A stretch of 19,072 bases of DNA, taken from the IMG/VR virus record IMGVR_UViG_2663762908_000007. One strand, given 5' to 3'. Source of the stretch: a virus (taxonomy: Duplodnaviria > Heunggongvirae > Uroviricota > Caudoviricetes). Both the position numbers and the translations under genes were made by a program. The notes beneath the pieces are model-generated. The model saw only the letters and a list, made by a program, of their open reading frames with translations. It had not been told where the DNA came from and ran no database searches. Each line of letters begins with the position of its first letter. Within the stretch, counting starts at the first letter, position 1. This document shows positions 16,135-19,072 of the stretch, piece after piece.

Positions 16135-16874
16135 ATGGCACATGGCCTGTCTATAGCTAATTCCGAAGTCAGGACGTTAACCGCCGATACCGATAGCGGG
16201 AAAGATGCAGCGGCAGCACTTGCCGCGCGACTGCTGCAAGCCTCGCGCGAATCTGCCGGAAATACTTATCTTACACATAAAGGTTTCCCGGAACATATTT
16301 GCCATGAGCTGACTTCAGCTCATAAAACCGGTGGGGTGATGTTCCGCCCCGGTGATTTGATCGTCCCGCTCTATAACGCTGACGGGGAGCTGGTGAATAT
16401 TCAGCTTATCAGTGGCAATGGTAGCAAGTGTTTTCTTAAAGGAGGTCAGGTTAAGGAGGCCTATCATCTTATAGAAGGGGGCGGGAGTTCAGTAAGAAGA
16501 ATGTGGATTACGGAAGGCTACGCCACGGCGCTTACCATTCATCATCTGACTGGAGAAGCCGTCATGGTGGCATTTTCGGCGGTCAACTTTCTTTCTCTGG
16601 CCAGCGTTGCCCATAACAAGTATCCGGGGTATCAGCTAATTATTGCAGCGGACCGAGATCTGAATAGTTCAGGCCAGAACAGGGCTGAAGCTGCTGCAAA
16701 AGCGTGTCAGTGTGACATTGTGCTGCCACCGGTTTTTGGTGACTGGAATGATGCGCTTGCCCATTACGGAGAGGAATCCACCCGGAAGGCAATTCTTGAG
16801 GCTTTGAGGCCACATAACGCCAGTCCTTTCGACACGATGAGTGAAGCAGAATTCACAGCGATGAGTGTCAGCGA
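16135..16874 (+). CDS. TOPRIM-domain primase-like protein fragment (satellite-phage or integrative-element type), both ends cut by gaps
   Basis: An open frame across the entire contig with a TOPRIM-like core (MWITEGYATALTIHHLTGEAVMVAFSAVNF ... LIIAADRDLNSSGQNRAEAAAK). Lambda itself has no primase, so this likely comes from a different element. Confidence 0.5.
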
Positions 16875-16884
16875 NNNNNNNNNN

Positions 16885-17359
16885 CGAGAAATAGGTGTTC
16901 TGTTTGCCGTTATCTGTACTTGCTGCCGTGGGCGTCCTGGCTTTCGGTGCCAGCATCTGCGCCACTCCGCCCAGGATCATACTGGCCCCTGCCGCATACA
17001 TGCCCGATACAGCCGCGGCACCCAGCCAGCCCACAGGGTTCCACCATGCCACCGCAATCAGCGCCGCCCCCAGCACCACCTGAAACACACCGCCACTTTT
17101 AGCTCCCGCCAGACGCGGCACGATGTGGATCACGGCACCATTTGCCAGCGGCTCATTAAGACGGGCAGACAATTCGGTTTCACCTGCATCACGCCCGGCA
17201 ATGCGTACCTGGTACCAGCCGTCGCTCAGTTTCTGACGAAACGCCGGGTTCTGCATGGCCAGCGCCCGGATGGCTTCGGACCCCGTTTTCACTCGAAGGT
17301 CGATGCGGCGGCCAAATCGTTGTAAATCCCCGTAAAGGCAGATGCGTGCCATGCCCGGT
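16885..17359 (-). CDS. I: lambdoid tail assembly protein I fragment
   Basis: (PG)MARICLYGDLQRFGRRIDLRVKTGSEAIRALAMQNPAFRQKLSDGWYQVRIAGRDAG... matches lambda gpI. Both ends lie at gaps. Confidence 0.8.
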
Positions 17360-17369
17360 NNNNNNNNNN

Positions 17370-17550
17370 TCCGCCGATGCTGATCCCCGCATAGTCATCA
17401 TCGCAGATTTCAATAACATCACCCGGCACATGGCGAAGCCCTTCGGCACCCACGCTGAAATCCACGGTCTGCGTCTCCAGCAGCTCCGTTTTAATCAGCC
17501 ACAGCCCGGCGCGGTGTGCCTGCCCCCGGCTGGTACAGCCAAAGGCATCC
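17370..17550 (-). CDS. J: lambdoid J protein internal fragment
   Basis: DAFGCTSRGQAHRAGLWLIKTELLETQTVDFSVGAEGLRHVPGDVIEICDDDYAGISIGG matches an internal segment of lambda J. Confidence 0.75.
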
Positions 17551-17560
17551 NNNNNNNNNN

Positions 17561-17822
17561 TGTCGGCAACCTGTACCGCCTGATGCGGGGCTATGCGGAA
17601 GGTGGTTATGTGGGCGGTGCCGGAAGTCCGGCGCAGATGCGGCGGGCTGAAGGCATTAATTTTAATCAGAACAATCACGTGGTGATTCAGAACGACGGTA
17701 CGAATGGTCTGCCAGGTCCACAGATGATGAAGGCGGTGTATGACATGGCCCGCAAGGGTGCCCGTGATGAAATCCAGGCACAGATGCGCGATGGTGGTCT
17801 GTTCTCCGGAGGTGGACGATGA
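17561..17822 (+). CDS. H: lambdoid tape-measure protein H, C-terminal fragment
   Basis: ...VGNLYRLMRGYAEGGYVGGAGSPAQMRR...AVYDMARKGARDEIQAQMRDGGLFSGGGR followed by a stop that overlaps the M start (ATGA), as in lambda H-M. Confidence 0.75.
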
Positions 17823-17974
17823 AAACCTTCCGCTGGAAAGTGAAACCCGGTATGGATGTGGCTTCGGTCCCTTCTGTAAGAAAGGTGCGCTTTGGTGATG
17901 GCTATTCTCAGCGAGCGCCTGCCGGGCTGAATGCCAACCTGAAAACGTACAGCGTGACGCTTTCTGTCCCCCGT
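17819..17974 (+). CDS. M: lambdoid minor tail protein M, N-terminal fragment
   Basis: MKTFRWKVKPGMDVASVPSVRKVRFGDGYSQRAPAGLNANLKTYSVTLSVPR matches the lambda gpM N-terminus. Confidence 0.8.
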
Positions 17975-17984
17975 NNNNNNNNNN

Positions 17985-18185
17985 ACAGTTCACCGACGTG
18001 GCCACGCAGCTTGCAGGCGGGCAAAGTCCGTGGCTGATCCTGCTGCAACAGGGGGGGCAGGTGAAGGACTCCTTCGGCGGGATGATCCCCATGTTCAGGG
18101 GGCTTGCCGGTGCGATCAACCTGCCGATGGTGGGGGCCACCTCGCTGGCGGTGGCGACCGGTGCGCTGGCGTATGCCTGGTATCA
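17985..18185 (+). CDS. H: lambdoid tape-measure protein H, internal fragment
   Basis: QFTDVATQLAGGQSPWLILLQQGGQVKDSFGGMIPMFRGLAGAINLPMVGATSLAVATGALAYAWY is a tape-measure-type segment consistent with lambda H. Confidence 0.7.
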
Positions 18186-18517
18186 NNNNNNNNNNGAACA
18201 TAATTCCCCGCACGTAAGCGTAACTTTTGCGGCAAATCGTCACTTTTCAGAATCCATAAAGGTCATTGCTATTTTCTGATAGTTGCTGGGTAAACGTGAT
18301 GTTTCCATTCGCGATATAAATACGAGGTACTGCGCCATGGTGTGACTGATCACGTTAAAATATTCCGGATTGACGCTGGGAAGGGTTTCAACATGCGGCT
18401 CTGCCCCCGTTGCCTACTTTATTGTCTTTCGCGAGTTGTACCCAGGTCCCACCATCGGTATCTAACATTCCCCACATTATTACGCTTTCTGCCGAACGTG
18501 ATTTTTATAGAAATCTA

Positions 18518-19072
18518 TCAATTCATTTTTCCTGTGGCATAAAGTTTATCTTTCACATCCTGCCGAACGCGGGTCTTGTACCCCCCATTGTGAAGATCTT
18601 CATACGGAGAAAAAGAATCTTTACTCCACCCCAGCAGCACTTTATCGCCAGGCATAAAATGCACATGCAGAAAATCTTCTCCCCATTCTCTTTTGGGGAG
18701 AGGTAACGTCATATTCCGTTTCTCCAGACGCATTCCAGCATTATACTGTGTACGAGTAGTACTTAATGTCCAGATAACCTCTGCCGTATCCCCACTAACA
18801 TCACCACAACAGGTTGTTGAACCGCCACCATTTGCAAAAGCATTCGCGCCCGCCACGCCGTTAACACTGAATCCCAGTATCGGGCGGTCAATTTCACTGT
18901 GGATTTCCAGAATCACTCCACCTCTTGGTCCTCCCCATACTGCCTGTCCTATATTCCACAACACGACCAGTACCGGAACGACAATTAACGTCCGCCATAC
19001 CCAGCGCCCCCACCGGGCATAACCGCGCGTAAGCTTTTGGTCAAATTTTTCCAGTTGGGTAAATAGCCCCAT
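18518..19072 (-). CDS. hypothetical membrane-anchored protein (184 aa visible; true start may lie beyond the window edge)
   Basis: ORF begins with ATG exactly at the window end. It has a hydrophobic segment TLIVVPVLVVLWNI after a basic N-terminus, a Gly-rich region and a TTCCGD motif. No family assigned with confidence. Confidence 0.45.
   Translation of the reverse strand: MGLFTQLEKFDQKLTRGYARWGRWVWRTLIVVPVLVVLWNIGQAVWGGPRGGVILEIHSEIDRPILGFSVNGVAGANAFANGGGSTTCCGDVSGDTAEVIWTLSTTRTQYNAGMRLEKRNMTLPLPKREWGEDFLHVHFMPGDKVLLGWSKDSFSPYEDLHNGGYKTRVRQDVKDKLYATGKMN

Noticed and set aside
16135-17352. Track ORFs 16135-17325 (+) and 16669-17352 (-) as full-length proteins
   Set aside because: Both cross the N run at 16875-16884. 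Only 16135-16874 (primase-like) and 16885-17359 (gpI) are real fragments, and the rest is antisense read-through.
17289-18243. Minus-strand ORFs 17289-18140 and 17908-18243
   Set aside because: They cross three N runs. Apart from the J fragment (17370-17550) they are antisense to the gpH and gpM fragments.

Overview
This window is not one continuous locus. Thirteen runs of exactly 10 N (10071-10080, 14135-14144, 14278-14287, 14608-14617, 14734-14743, 14982-14991, 15678-15687, 16125-16134, 16875-16884, 17360-17369, 17551-17560, 17975-17984, 18186-18195) split it into 14 contigs, so adjacency and orientation across any N run is not biological. (1) 1-10070 is the only long contiguous accessory segment: a P1-type phage-plasmid maintenance region. 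Reading on the minus strand it contains a late/structural-looking gene block (1-5319), a parS-like centromere, parB, parA, incA iterons, repA, incC iterons with a GATC cluster and DnaA boxes (oriR), a terminator, a gene truncated by an IS911-like insertion, and a chimeric IS3-family junction at the contig end. (2) 10081-14134 is ordinary E. coli chromosome (ycaC, ycaD, ycaM, 3' remnant of ycaN) ending in an IS1 terminus. (3) 14145-19072 is a string of very short contigs: lambdoid prophage fragments (L, J, cos-Nu1, FI, I, H, M) in shuffled order and mixed orientation, two tRNA-Lys(UUU) copies, a TOPRIM primase-like fragment and one uncharacterised membrane-protein ORF at the window edge. I found no complete, clearly novel multi-gene system. 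The most checkable oddities are in the P1-like segment: a putative major-head gene split by a single in-frame TAA, a charge-bipolar protein after the sheath-like gene, a divergent parS, and an IS-disrupted gene beside oriR. All protein identifications are by reading the translations against remembered family sequences; no database search was run.
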